A stretch of DNA of 64,000 nucleotides, from the NCBI RefSeq assembly GCF_001447785.1, contig NW_015176458.1, forward strand, positions 1,488,216-1,552,215, in the 5' to 3' direction. Both the position numbers and the translations under genes were made by a program. How positions within the stretch are numbered: position 1 is the stretch's first letter; each line of letters begins with the position of its first letter. Under the pieces are notes generated by a model. That model ran no database searches, was not told the DNA's origin, and saw nothing but the letters and a program-made list of their open reading frames with translations. Below are positions 25,122-38,728 of the stretch, piece after piece. Source of the DNA: Gekko japonicus (Eukaryota).

Positions 25122-25378
25122 GATTATAGAACCATAGAGTTGGAAGGGATCTCCAGGGTCATCTAGTCCAAACCCTGCATAATGCAGGAAATTCACAAAT
25201 ACCTCCCCCTCCACACCTGCAGTGAACACTGTTCCACGCCCAAAAGATGACAAAAAACCTCCAGGATTGCTTCCTGACCCCAAAGTGGCAATCAGCATTT
25301 CCCTGAGCATGTAAACAAGGGCCACAAGAACTAAGCACTGAGGCAACCCTTCCTGCCCTCTCTCTCATGATCTGCATA
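25122..25378 (-). mobile_element. CR1 3' UTR, second subfamily
   Basis: atagaaccatagagttggaagggatctccagggtcatctagtccaa, the reverse of the canonical CR1 3' end with ttctatga-type tail. Confidence 0.75.
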
Positions 25379-26672
25379 AACCGTCACTGCCCTCAGCTCT
25401 AGGCCTGGCAGAACAACTCTGTTTCAAGGCTAAAAGAGCTATGTTTGTATGTATCACCTCATGTTTCCTGCAATATTCTCTACTTTTGTAACCCCCTTTC
25501 TTTATCATGGCATGTGATGCCTTTGTCCAGTTTTCATTTGCATTCCCCCCCCCCTGGTTCTGTAATCCTTGTCCTGCTGCACTGTTTATTGATGGTCCTC
25601 ACTGTCTGATGGAATTGCTTTTCGAACTTTGCCATCTGCCTTGATTCTCAGTAACAAAGGTGGGCGATGAACGAAGGGAATAATAATCTGCAGCACACAC
25701 ATGCAGGCTTCTGCTCCATGCAGGACCTCCTCCTGTGCATACTCTGAATGATGGATGCTTCATTAGGAATGATCATATAACTGCCGGAAATGAACACAGG
25801 GTTTGTATGCAACCAGTTTTTCTACTGCTGAAAAAGGGAAGACCCCCCCCCCCAAAAAAAACAAGTTAAGTTGTGGACCATGAGACCTGTATGGAGAAAA
25901 GCCATGTGTGGTGGATTGGATCTATTAAGGGGCAGAGTTAGTGAGATTGAACAAGAAAGTTGGCTAGATCCAACCCATTGTGAGAACAGGCGGAAAGCAG
26001 GACTGCAGGGTAGTCAGTCAGTGGCCTCTTTTAGTGAGTGGGCTGTGACTCACATGCATTACATGCAGAAGGTCCCAGGTGCCATCCCTGGTATCTCCAG
26101 CACAGTAAATGCTGTTCTCGATAGACCAAAGTTCTTCCCCAGTGGAAGGCAGCTTAATGGGTGCACATTCAATGGGAAGCAGCTGGGGGGCAGGGAGGGA
26201 CTAACATCAAAGATGCGTTGGCTGAAAAGCAGCCAAGAACATGGTGCAGGGGCACAGCAAGGCATCTCCTGCCCAGGCACAAGAATCCTTGGGTCGCAAA
26301 GCAGGAAGCATAGGAAGCATCTTGATGCCAAGCTGAAATGAGCAGCAGTGGAAGCAGGACCCCCAACAGCACAGCCAACGGCTCTGGCTCCTTTACAATA
26401 TCAATGGATAAACTGCTCTGTCTGCCTCCAGGTGGACAAGCCTGGTGGACCTTTCCATTCTACCCCTTCCCCTTGAAGGATGAACATTAGAGACTTTTGA
26501 TGAAGAGCTCCTTTTTGGGGGGGGGGAGAATTAAAGTACCATGACTGACAGATATTCCTTCGGGTTGCACAAAATCCACAAAACGAATCCAACTTAACCT
26601 CAGCCATGCCAATACCAGGTAAAGTATCTTATTGCCATCAATCCAAGTGTGCTAGTTGGAGTCTGAGCATGA

Positions 26673-27005
26673 TAGGGTTGCCAGGTCTTACCTGGCTTCC
26701 AGTTGGGGGATCTTTGCTCCTCTCCAGGAGCTTCTGCCGCATGCAAAGCGCACACGGCACAGCGATGTCACCAGGAAGTGACATCACCATGCTGCTGATG
26801 TCACGTGGTGATGCTTTAGGTTTTGGGCAAAACTCTATGGTTTTGAGCCCAAATTTACCATAGAGTTTTGCCCATGATGATTCACCTTGTCATTGCACCA
26901 TGTTGGGGGGCATTTACGGGTGGGGTTTTCCCTGCTGGCCACTGGTGGGGAGGAGCCTGCAAAAGTGGGGGAAACCCCACCTGGACTGGGGTAGTGGTAA
27001 CCCTA
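26673..27005. mobile_element. hAT-type MITE, longer TAGGGTTGCCA subtype with internal palindrome
   Basis: tagggttgcca/tggtaacccta ends; centre caaaactctatgg...ccatagagttttg. Confidence 0.75.
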
Positions 27006-28349
27006 GACATGATCATATTCACACATGATATATCCATTTGGTTATTCTACTTGTAAATACTTCCGTTTTCAGGCGCTTTCATAGATTTAAGAGACCAGAA
27101 TTGTATAACGAAAGTATGCAAAGAATAATGGCTAGTGGCAGATGCAGAGTTCATAAATACCACATAGTGTGTGCGTTTCTGAGTGTGTGTATAATCTCCC
27201 TACCCATTTTCTTCATTTTGTTTCAGAGCAGAATGACAACTTCACACATCACCTCCTTTTGGCTAACTATGAATGCTGTTTTGATTACACTGTTTGGCTG
27301 AGTATTAAGTTCTTAACCATCTATCACTCTTGATTCATTAATTAGTTCCACCAGCCCTCTCTCCATACAACCCTAATGTGACAAAAATCCAGGATCTAGT
27401 CATAGGTTAGTCCCTTGTCCCTTCTAAATTAGTGCCATTGTGCCAAAAATGACTGTTGCCTTGGCCTATGCTGAATTTCTAACAAAAAAAAATCAAAAGG
27501 GGGCATGTGGAAGCAATGGAGTCTCAAAAAAACTGACAACTGGAAATTCTATAAACATTAGGATATGTGTGCCTTGGATTGTATTACTGTCTCAATGCAA
27601 ATTCGAGAAAACAAAATGGCTTGCTAATGCCAAGTAAATTGGCTTCCTATCTTTTACCATAGTAAGCAGTACTTAAGTATGACACACTGCAGCTGTTGGT
27701 ACAAACTCCCCTCCAGTAGGCATGGAATGTTCTTTGTGTGCAGTACTGTTCCAGCAACCTCTGGGTGGTTGGGGGGGAATCAGCAAAACAAGAAAACAAT
27801 GATTGCATTCATGTGAACCAAACCAAACACCATTAGGTACTCTTGGAGGTTGATCTTATATGAAACCCGGAGCCTGATCATACTGTGGAGATATGTTTAA
27901 AGAGCACCTTTCCCTCAAGGAGAAATATATGCAGTGGATTTATATGAAAGTATCCCAGAATCCTCCTGATCTTTATAGTTCGTCTACAACAGCACCCCTG
28001 CCTTTGCTCAATCTTAAATATTTCAATTTATCACCAGTTTCCCTTCAGCTCCTGACGTTCTTCTGATGCTGTCTATATGTATGTGCTTCCTCCTTCCAGG
28101 ACTGTAGGCTGCTTTTAGATTGTGTTAATTTGAGGGATGCAAAAGAAATTCTCATGTTGGTCAACTCAACTGAAACCGCGGTGCATCACATTTATTTCTT
28201 TTGTACTGTATTACAGTAAAAGAAAACCCAAGTGTGTTTCATTGTTTGTCGAAGCTCGATCAGAGACATATTTCTGTCATCTGTTTTCTCCTGTTTTGCT
28301 GTCTTTTACATTCTTTTTACTGTCTTTGTCCTTTTGTTTGCAACTCCAG

Positions 28350-28386
28350 GCATGGAGATAGTCACAAAAAGACACTTGATTGTTGA
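28350..28386 (+). other. Candidate short exon of an unidentified host gene
   Basis: About 65-nt pyrimidine-rich tract ending caactccAG at 28349; donor-like GA|gtaagg at 28387; lies in repeat-free sequence. Confidence 0.3.
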
Positions 28387-31075
28387 GTAAGGTACTATTA
28401 GCTATGGTGCACTTAGGTAATTTTAGAACTAGAGTTTAATGGCCTTAATAGGGCTTTCTTTTAGATGGCAGAGTATGTACAGTTGCCTATTCTGGCTTGA
28501 GAAAGTCCTGGAGATTTGGGGGCAGTGCCTGGATCAGGGTGGGAGCTGGGCCAGGTGCATGGTGTCATTCTAGGACCAGTTTCTTCTAGACTCTATGGTA
28601 TACCTCTGAAGCCAACACTTCCTCCAGGGCAACTGATCTATGTAGTCTGTAGATCGGTTGTAATTCCAGGAGAACTCCAGGCCTCTCCTAGAGTTTGGTA
28701 TCTCTAAATGGATGGAAAGCTGCCGATAGCTTTGGGGATGTGTGTGCTGAGCCTGAACGTCAGCTCCAAGGTCTGTCTCTGTCAGCTCCTTTAGCTGTTA
28801 AGCCAGGAAACTATTTCTTATGGCAGACACTCTGTTCCAGTGTCTATGTGTGGATCCTTTATATCCTGGGATATTCAAGGGAAAGGGTTGGAGAAAGTGT
28901 GAGACATGGATCCCCTCCCCCAAAGTGTCTGTCTGTGAGGTGCTATGTCCTTGCAAGAGTTGGGTTTGGGGTTCCTGGTGGGCAGGTGCATCCAGAAGCA
29001 GGTTTCCTAGAGAGGTCAGAGAAGGCTAGTGTTAGCCATCTGTCCTTCCCAGAAGACTGTTAGTCATCATTGTCATTGTTGTCGTCATCATCATCATCAT
29101 TTAGATTTCTGAATCACCCCATCCCTGAGTACACAGGACTCAGGGCAATTTACAACAGGTTAAAACATACAAAATACAGGTTAAAACCAACAATCGATTA
29201 ATCTTAATTACACAATTAGATGGCTGTTTGTTGTTTGTAGGAAATACTTCCACTATTCTTAGTGTTTTTCATTAAGGTTTCCAATCACCAAATTCCCACA
29301 TGCGGCAGCAGACATACGGTTAGAGTGAAGCAGTGATCCTTCGTTGCTTGATGGAAGCAAGCCATGTTCACTTGCTGAGTCCCATGTTCCTGGTGCTGCT
29401 CTGTGACTGTCTACATAGTTAGCCAGAATCCTGTGATCTCCTGTGGCTGTGGAAGGCAGAAGGAGGCTGGCTTTTGGGACACTCAGTTGATTCCAGGGAG
29501 AGGGAAGGAAAGAGAGTGTAGAGAGAAGGAAATAGATGAATTTAAAATGTCTCCCAGCATATGAATTTTGGGAAATGAAAACATAATCAAAATGGAAGGG
29601 GGGAAACAGAAGGCATAAGTAAACTTCAAGAATTCAGTAAGGGGACACCCAGGGAGAAACCAGTGAGAGGTAGGAAGAAATGGGATCATGAAAGGAAGAT
29701 AGATGACCAGTTAAAGGCCACTGATGATCAGAAGAAGATAATGGGTGAAGATAAACAGAAAAGGACAAAGAAAAGGAACATGGGGAACATCAACAGATAT
29801 TGGAAAATAAGAACCTGTGACAGGACCCAGGAGTTTTTTGGGGTGCTTTGGGTGTATTCCATATCAGAACCATTTCATGCAGGTCTGATCGGGGTGATGA
29901 AGAAGGACATTTCCCTATTTTGACCATGGGGAAGAGTGCAACAAGTCCTTCTTTTGTAACTCTCATGTGAACACCTTTTGTATGAGTTGTCCTTGGTCCC
30001 TCCATACAGTAGTCTCTTTCCTTGGGAAGAGCGCAGGGAGATAATAAAATGAATCAACTATTTCATAAACTGAATTATAATTATTCAAGTGAACAAAATA
30101 TAATTTGGGGGAAAGTCACTGTTTCATTTTGTCCTGTTGCCCAAACAAATGCTTCGGAATGGAAGTTGGTGTTTTGTCATCAGCCACTAAGTAACGCCCT
30201 TAGCATCCTCCCCCCCCACGCCAAGTGATTGTAGTCACCAACACTGTTTCTAATGAATAATAAAGTCCCAGTGCTACAGGGTCCCCAAATGTCACACTCC
30301 CTAGCACAGCAATACCCATTTCTAAAGGGCTGGCATTTGATGGAATCCTCCCAACCTCCTCATTTGGGAGGCAAGATGTTGACAGGGAACAGGGCCATAT
30401 TTTCTGTCATCAGGGAGGCTCTCACAGACGTTGCAAAGAGATGGGGGGGTGGTCACAATGTAGCCACACAGCTGAGCAGACTAAATAATTCCCTCCTTCA
30501 AATTACCAGAGTTTTCCTTGGCGTCTGGCAGTGTCTAGAAACTTGGCAATCCCCCTGGCTTCTTCACATTTCTGTCAGCCAGATAAAGAACTAGTTATGG
30601 GACATGGAAAAACAAGAGGCCCGACAGAGCCAGGTGTCCTTCCTGAGCTGCGTTCTGAGGAACAGCAGCCAGTCTGATCAGCCATACGGAATACTGGGAG
30701 GTCCAAATTCCACAGACAATCCAGTCCCATGAGGTCTATGAAGACTTCTCTGTACTTTATCAGTAAATAAAATGTTTGTTCTAGTAATACCAGTCAACTT
30801 TAAAAAAAAAAAAAAAGCTTGAGGGTGCAAACAAAACTGAGTGGAATTGCAATGGATCCATCCAGTCATTCAACCCAAGGCTACCCTGAGAAAGAAAGAA
30901 TTCATATTAAGTTACCTGTGGGCTAGTCTACACATACATGCTCAGTATTGCATGACTTCAGTGTCATATATGGACTTGCATCTCAGCATGAGCTATCATA
31001 GGCAATGCTACAAGAAAGAATTTTCATATTGCCTCATACAGAAAATCTTTGTACTGGAGCTGGTTTATATGCTTA

Positions 31076-31421
31076 AAGGTAAAGGTTCCCTTGCTCGAAA
31101 GCCAGTCGAATCCGACTCTAGGGTTGCGGTGCTCATCTCCGTTTCAAAGCCGAAGAGCCAGCGCTGTCCAAAGACGTTTCCGTGGTCATGTGGCCGGCAT
31201 GACTAAACACCAAGGCGCACGGAACGCCGTTACCTTCCCACCGAAGTGGTCCCTATTTATCTACTTGCAATTTCTTGCTTTCGAACTGCTAGGTTGGCAG
31301 GAGCTGGAACTAGAGACAGGAGCTCACCCCGTCTTGCGGCACCCGGGTCTTGAACTGCTGAACTACTGACCTTCCACAGCCTGCAGTTCAGCGTCTTAAC
31401 CACTTGAGCCACCGCAGCTCC
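31076..31421 (-). mobile_element. Sauria SINE, full length
   Basis: (aaaggt) tail through tRNA-like head; perfect 12-bp TSD tttatatgctta; CpGs retained. Confidence 0.92.
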
Positions 31422-31547
31422 TTTATATGCTTAGGCCTGGTCTATACACCATGAAGCAAAATGAGCTGGGGAGGGAGAATGGCTGGTTTATTTATTTATT
31501 ATTTATTTATTCAGTTTATACCACTTCAGACAGTGTGGGGGGGTACC

Positions 31548-32371
31548 TGTTCTAAAAGCTCCCTCATAGAAATGACTCCCTGAAAGTGAAAAGGAAACTA
31601 TTATATCAGAGAGAGAGAGAGAGAGGATTCTGGTACAATATGGGTAACTGCCCTTATTTCCTATTGGTAATAAAAGACAGCATGACAGAAGACCTTTCTT
31701 ATTGGGAAACTGATCCATGGAAGAAAGTTAATTCCACCTTTTCCCTGGTACTGTGCCCATGACCCAGATCACTCCACCCACAGATGCTTCTTGGGAACCA
31801 AAGTAAGGTTGTCGAGAACCACCAGAGGCCCAGGTAAAGAATGTCCTCCCCCACCCATTTAAAAGCCAGACACATTTGAAATTCTTGCTTTCTGGCAACG
31901 CAAAACCTGTACCTTTCAGGAACAAAAAAAATAAAATAAAAAAAATTACTAAAAAAAAAGAAAAAGAAAAAAGCCAGGCACTATTTCTCAAGGAATACCT
32001 TGAATGACCTTTCTCCGTGAGGTCCCCCATGCCCTGCCACTAGAGGTCCACCTTCAGCCACTCTCACAACAGTCTCCTATAGTCTCCCATGGTCTCAGAA
32101 CCGGAGGGGGGAGGGGTTAAATCACCCTTTCCCTCCTCCTTTCCCTGGGCTGGCTCTGCATTGCACTCTCTCTCTCCTGGTTCCAGCCTTGAGCTCAGCC
32201 TGTTTATCCTCCCTAACCACACTTGGGAGTGATTCTTTTACAGGGTTTTTAGAACCCACCTTTTCCTGATCCGACCCACTTCCCTGCCTACCTTTCTGGG
32301 GACCCACTTCCCTGCCTACCTTATTGGTTATCATGTATAGTTGGGAGCATATTAACTCCCATCTTGGAACA
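31548..32371 (-). mobile_element. Possible solo LTR
   Basis: Ends tgttcta/tggaaca (TG..CA with short inverted repeat); flanks gtacc/gtata match only partly. Confidence 0.35.
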
Positions 32372-33870
32372 GTATATTAGCTTTCACACCCAATTCAAGG
32401 AGCTGGGTGTGACCATTGAAGGTCTCTACAGTCAGAAACTAGATTAGTTATGAACATAACAGAAGCCATGTTGGATCAGGCCAATGGCTCATCCAGTCCA
32501 ACACTCTCTGTCACACAGTGACCAAAACCCGAGGCTGTCCCACTGTGAGCCAGTTTGCCACCTCATATCCCCAGCCTTTTCTTCACATGACTAGCTGAGG
32601 TCTCCCTTCAAGCTATCTGATTGACCATAGTATGAACTCACAGCTCTGGTGCTGCAGAAGTGTCTTCTCAAGTTGGTGCAGTGAACACTCACATTGTCTT
32701 CTTTTCCTGCAAGAACCGCAAAGGAATGCTTTTCAGGCAGGTATTTGGCAGTTGATTGATAAAGGGATATTATATGGGAGTGTTTGAGTCACTGTTCTTT
32801 TTGGTTGTCTGTGTTGGCTTTTAATTGTTCGATGCTTGTGGGTCAGGTCGTTCATAAACCCAATTGAGCCACCCCATGGTGAGAAAGGTGGGGTATAATG
32901 GATGACCACCTGACCCCTCACTTTTAACCTTCACCTGACTAGAAAACAGAACAACTCTTTCAAATCAAGCAAAAAAAGCAAGAGATTATGTATTCCTAGA
33001 GGATTCCTTGTTGTTGCTGAAGCCCCCAAATTAGAGGTATATCACACTGGGTAAGAACCTGATAGACCTCTGCTTGTCTCTTGCCTTGAGAACCCCATTG
33101 TCCTGGGTAGCTAAGAGTCAGTTATGGCTTGATGACACACAATTATTATTAAATAAGAGCATGAAAGTAAAATGTGGCAGATGGATTACCAGGCTTCTTG
33201 TACTTCTCAGAGCAACCCAGGCATGGAGCTTTTGTACCACCAGCCATCCTTCTAGTGGCCCTGAGCCAAATTACACAGCTGGAATGCTAGTCCTGGAATT
33301 CCAGGATCATTTGGCCTTAAAAAATCAACACGTAAGGTTCTCCCACATCCCTTCCCCATGTGATCCAAATGCTCTTATGATCTTCCTTCAGATAGAAGTA
33401 TGAACCTCCCAATTTTACTCAAGTTCTCAGAAAGCAAACCCTGGATACATAGCACACATCAGTGAGGTCAGCCAGTGATAAATGTCCCCTTTTGGTCTTA
33501 GTGGAATTATCCAGCATGTCTTATATCTAGATGATATCATTCTTTATCAGCTTGGAATACAGAATGCAACCAGCTTTGATGACAGAATTTTTTTGTCATG
33601 GATGTGCCCTAATAATTTTGAATGGAATAATTATTTCCTGTGTTGAGCACGAGGAAGTGGGAACATTAATGTCTCTGAGTCCCAGCACACTCCCTCCAGC
33701 ATGCTTCTGGCTGTGGCAGACAAAGCCAAATCCAAAATAAATAATTTACAGCTGCAAGATAAGGCGTTGAGGCTGTGCTGCCAAACGTGGGCATTGGTAG
33801 CGGTAATCCTGAGGGGCAGTACAGAAAGAGCACCTAAGAGCATTTTGACCAGTAATTTGGACAGGTAGGA

Positions 33871-34134
33871 NNNNNNNNNNNNNNNNNNNNNNNNNNNNNN
33901 NNNNNNNNNNNNNNNNNNNNNNNNNNNNNNNNNNNNNNNNNNNNNNNNNNNNNNNNNNNNNNNNNNNNNNNNNNNNNNNNNNNNNNNNNNNNNNNNNNNN
34001 NNNNNNNNNNNNNNNNNNNNNNNNNNNNNNNNNNNNNNNNNNNNNNNNNNNNNNNNNNNNNNNNNNNNNNNNNNNNNNNNNNNNNNNNNNNNNNNNNNNN
34101 NNNNNNNNNNNNNNNNNNNNNNNNNNNNNNNNNN
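33871..34134. other. Assembly gap (N run)
   Basis: 264 N. Confidence 0.99.
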
Positions 34135-36210
34135 GCTAGCTTCTCTTTGCACAGGCTTCAGATACCTGATTGCAAAGCAAGGGCATCTGTCGGCCACATT
34201 TGTCAAAAGGGAATGTCACCCCAGAAGTAGGGCTAGAAATTATGGGCATGGCTGGAAGATTTGAATCCAAAAAGCAGGCGCTGGATTTTATAAGGCACTT
34301 AACTGCTAAAGTATTTTACTGTTAAAATTATAACCACAGCACTCATATTTTCACAGTAGCAATTGTTACTTGCTGGGAATGAGCCAAAAATATTAGCAAT
34401 TCTTCCATGCACTCTTTCGGCAGCCTTCCCCTCTTCCACTTCACAGCAAAAAATCCTGAATTTGTAGATAATCCTTTGGCTTTCCTTGGGAAAGCATTTG
34501 GTCACTTATTCACATATTTGGCCCTTACCCTTAATTCCCTGCACTCTTCCTCAGGGACTTCATCACACATCCCAACCTGATTAGGAGTGTAGCATTTGTT
34601 GCATCATCAATTTTGCTGAGTGCCTCTAATTGAGTGACATTGACCATGAGAATAATCCAGGAAAAGAAGGAAAGCTATAACTATGATTAAATAACTGTGC
34701 ATTAAATGAGTTTCTTGTTAAGATTCTCTAGGGTGATATCATTTTAGTATCACATTAGAAAATAAGATCAAAATAGAGACTCTCACTGAATACCTGTGGG
34801 CCCTTTTCCGAGTACATATGTTTGGCTCAGTAGACTCTATGGAACTTTAGGAACCCACATATGTGTGCTTTCTATGGTCTGTGAATCATAAAGGTTTGCA
34901 CCAATTGGACTTAAAACTCTTTTCTCCCAGTGTTCACACATGGCAGTTGCCAGAAACCCTCACCAAAGCCTTAGTTGTGGTTTTCCAGCAATTTTTGAAT
35001 CAAGGGAAATGTCTGGGAAAATGTATTTTAAATTAAAATGGTCACACACTTCTGTACTCTTCATTCAAGTCTAGTAAAAACATGGTGGTGGGGCAACCCC
35101 AAGGTGCAATCCCCCATTGCAATTCCCATAGGTGAGGTTTGATATGATAAGCACATCTGGATAGAAACAGAATTTGCTTATTTTTGTTTAAAACATAGCT
35201 CCAGTTGGGATGCCATGTTCTTGTGAAAATTGTACACACACGCCCCGATAAACAGCAAATCTATGCACAGCCTGAGGTCTTGCTGAGTTCTGAGATCTAA
35301 TACAAACAAACTGGGATTTTGTGTGTGCATATAGAATATCTAACATTACACAGAGTAACTTCACTTACCCACTCCATATTACTTCCTCTTAGGACACTTG
35401 CAACCACTTTATTCAACAGGGAGAAGAAAACCAGGCTGATTAGTTAAAGGAACAAAGGGAACATCAGGAAAATCCCATGATGGAAATGGTAATTTATTCC
35501 TGATAAGTAATAAATCAGGAGAATTTCACTGCACACAGGGGGCCTGTAGTTAAATAATGAATGATAAATAATGAAACTTGTTGTTTGTTTGTTTTTTAAT
35601 TTTAAAAAGTCATTTGCAGTGGTTTGGGACTTGTTATTTATACATGAGCTCATTTGACAAATTTTTCTGCTGTTTATAATAATGATAACCTTGTGTCCTT
35701 GTTATGTTACAAAGCATGAGTTTATAATATTATCCATCCCTGCAGTTAATGTTAGAGCTATCCATTGCCAGGTTAAACTAATTATTCACTTCTTGCATGG
35801 GTTTTCTTGTGTTCCAGTTTAATATTTTATATCTGAGCATGATAAACTCAGTTCCGTACTATCCATTGGTGTGCAGTGCATATTGTTATGTGTTTTACAC
35901 TTTGTGCAGCATGAAATTCTGCGGGCAACACTTACCTTGGTTGATCCACTTTGGAGGGCAGAATACTCAAAACTTATAGCAAGTTGTAGTCTTTACACAA
36001 ACAACACATGTCGAGGCAAACAGGAGGGCAGCAATTCGACTAGCCCACAATAGATCCCTGCAGACAGATTCTTCAACAGGCATGCTACAACCTAGGTGAG
36101 TTTGATTGGATCCATATTTTGTCATATTAGCACCTAGCAGCCATCATAGGAAATATTCCACAGAGTTACTATGGGTGAAAATACCAGACCTGAAATATTG
36201 GAGACATACT

Positions 36211-36835
36211 GGGTGCGGTCAGACGGCGTGCTGGGAGCGGTGGGCTCCAGTCCCAATGTGTGGGGTTTTTTTAACCTGGAGAATCACAATCTCACTCACC
36301 TCCTTGTTCCGGATCGCTGCACAGCCACATCGCTCTCTGTCGTCCACATGTGGGAGTGTGCGTCGGTGTTTTTTCTCTCTCTCTCAGTTTGGGCATGCGC
36401 ACAGGCGGCCATCTGTAGAATTAAAATTTCCGTGTGTGCGCAGAACAGCGATTTCCACTTCAACCCAACTGCTGTAACACTTCCCTTTCAACTTTTACCC
36501 CAAAAATGGCCTCCGTGAGATCCCAAACTCATCTAACCAACAAAACTAGGCACTGTTTAAACATTGTTTTTAATAACGTGGGAGCAGAGCTCCATCTGTG
36601 CGCATACCGCCGACGCTAAAATAAAATGATAGGCGAAGAGCGGAAGCCTTGGGCTTCCGAGCAGAAGTGGCTCGACACCGCAGGAGCGATCAGACATCAG
36701 AAAAGTGCCGCTAGAACCGGAGAATCAGGAAAACACCAGTGGGGGATCTGGTAACAAAATACTCCATTTTAAAGGGAGTTTGAGCTGGAAAGTGTCGACT
36801 GGGGACGGTGCACAGATGTTGGGTGTGTGAACGTG
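36211..36835. mobile_element. Decayed CpG-rich palindromic DNA element (Harbinger-like MITE)
   Basis: Starts gggtgcggtcagac; internal inverted pairs such as gggcatgcgcacag/ctgtgcgcatacc and ggatcgctgc/ggagcgatca. Confidence 0.5.
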
Positions 36836-37040
36836 GATATAAAATCCGTTACTGAAGCGTGCCGAAAGCGGATTAAACAGCCTGTCTCCTGCATGACCAA
36901 AACTCTGAGGGTGATCTTGAAGTAAGAAATAAGGAAGGAAACCAGAATAGACATATGTGTAATAATGGCTAACTTCAACCGATGTGTAAATATGTGTTTA
37001 GTATATGAGAAGGAGACAAAATTCTTAGGCACTACAAACT

Positions 37041-37594
37041 TGGTTGTGGTTACACGCACCAGAAAAACTAGGGGGGAAACAAGGCTATTTCCTCTGGAGG
37101 AATTTGACCCACAGTTTCACAATCAAACCTCCTTTTGAGGCTGCGGGCACAGTCCATCAGTGCGTGATCAGTGAATGATCAGACGCAACTATGGGTGAGT
37201 CATTTTTTGTGAGCCATTTTTTCCCCATGTGCTTAACCAAGGGATCAATTAATCGCACCTCCACACCGAGGGCTCCCTATGGAGTTTGTGATGATGCACA
37301 TACTGGAAAGGGGGGGGGGACAACAGCATGGAGTCGGGATGGCCCGATCAGATCATCTGGACACCATGTGAGTGCACTGGAGTGATCAGACAGGGGAAAG
37401 TCCATCCATGGCCCGTTGCAACCCATTAACTACCAGATTTCCCCCGATGTCTTTTAACTCCACTTCTACAGTGGAGCAGAACGGGTTGCTGATGGCTGCG
37501 GGGCACATCCCAGATGTTGTTGTCTGGTTGCGCCCTTTAAATCTGCCTGACATTCGCACCTATGTCATTTCTAGTTGTGTGTAGGATCGCAACC
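37041..37594. mobile_element. Decayed MITE with imperfect TIRs
   Basis: ggttgtggttacacgcaccagaaa versus tttctagttgtgtgtaggatcgcaacc. Confidence 0.4.
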
Positions 37595-37620
37595 ATAGTC
37601 ACACTGATTTAGGAACATAG

Positions 37621-38000
37621 ATTCAGGTGGGTAGCTGTGTTGGTCTGAGACAGCAGAACAAAGTTTGAATCCAGTGGCACCTTGAAGACCAATGAAGTTT
37701 TATTCAAGGTATAAGCTTTCCTGTGTATGTACACTTGTTCAGACTGAGTGAAATAAGACATCCGACCTCAACCATTACATATAGGTGTGGTGGGATAGTT
37801 TCCAGAAAGGGCTACTTAGAGTCAAGATGCATAAGTAAATGCACAATTATAGCTGAGATTGGGTAAAAGTGGTTGGTAAGATCTGTGAATAGCAGTAAAT
37901 TAGCATACAAATACAAGAGTTAACAAACAGATGTGAGAACTGAGTTTGACTCCAGTGGCACCTCCAAGACCAACAAAGTTCAATTCTGGGTGTAAACACT
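37621..38000. mobile_element. Penelope-like terminal repeat fragments
   Basis: gtagctgtgttggtctg...tccagtggcaccttgaagacca (repeated near 37950); minus strand 37742-37712 reads CTGAACA-stem-GAAAGCTTA. Confidence 0.6.
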
Positions 38001-38002
38001 GA

Positions 38003-38286
38003 AACCAATTTCACACAAGAGCTGCGCCGCGGTCGCACCTCCCTTTGCCCTGCTTCTATTGGTCAATTTCCCACTTGAAGCCGCGCGGCCGCATTTTGAC
38101 CCACGGCTTTGCCCGATTTTCCCTGCGGTTTCGTGATCCTGATTTTTGAGGATCACAAAACCGCGGGGAAAATCGGGTGAAGCCACAGGTCAAAATGTGG
38201 CCGTGTGACTTCAAGTGGGAAATTGACCAATAGAAGTGGGGCAAAGGGAGATGCGACAGTGGTGCAGCTCTTGTGTGAAATCGGTC
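38003..38286. mobile_element. Fully palindromic PIF/Harbinger-type MITE
   Basis: The two ~137-bp arms are reverse complements around a short loop near 38145; 3-bp TSD tga/tga. Confidence 0.85.
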
Positions 38287-38728
38287 TGATCATTCAACAA
38301 GCTCTTGGTGTTGTGTCTAAAGGGAATTATTTGGATGTTTCCATTTCACCTGATTATGCTTCTTTCTCACATGATTGCTTTTTGCAGAACACGCCTCTTC
38401 CCCCCCACACACCCACTTGTCTTTCATTGCCTCCAATTTTAAAGGACACTTAAAGGAAAAGGTGCTGTTTGAACTGAGACTTGCTACTTAGATGTCTCCA
38501 GGTGGATCTCAGGACGACATATTTTGGCACATGTTGGAAAGCATACTTCCAGTTGTCATCATCTATCTGAATTGCTTGCCATGGTCACTGTTATAACAGT
38601 ACATTACACTATAGGGATGTGTGTTCAGAGATGCCGGGCCAAAAATATACCCATAAATCACTGTAAAAACCTTACTTTGTGTGTGCTAGGGATAGAGCAG
38701 CTTTCTATACAAAGATTGTTGGTGTTCA

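Noticed and set aside
27227-27301. Possible exon after tttcttcattttgtttcag (SRMTTSHITSFWLTMNAVLITLFG-stop, or a 75-nt cassette)
   Set aside because: The acceptor is plausible but the donor (ga|gtatta) is weak and no peptide is recognisable; unsupported without RNA data
33631-34206. 191-aa ORF, and the similar ORFs at 24826-25066
   Set aside because: Artefacts of translating through N gaps
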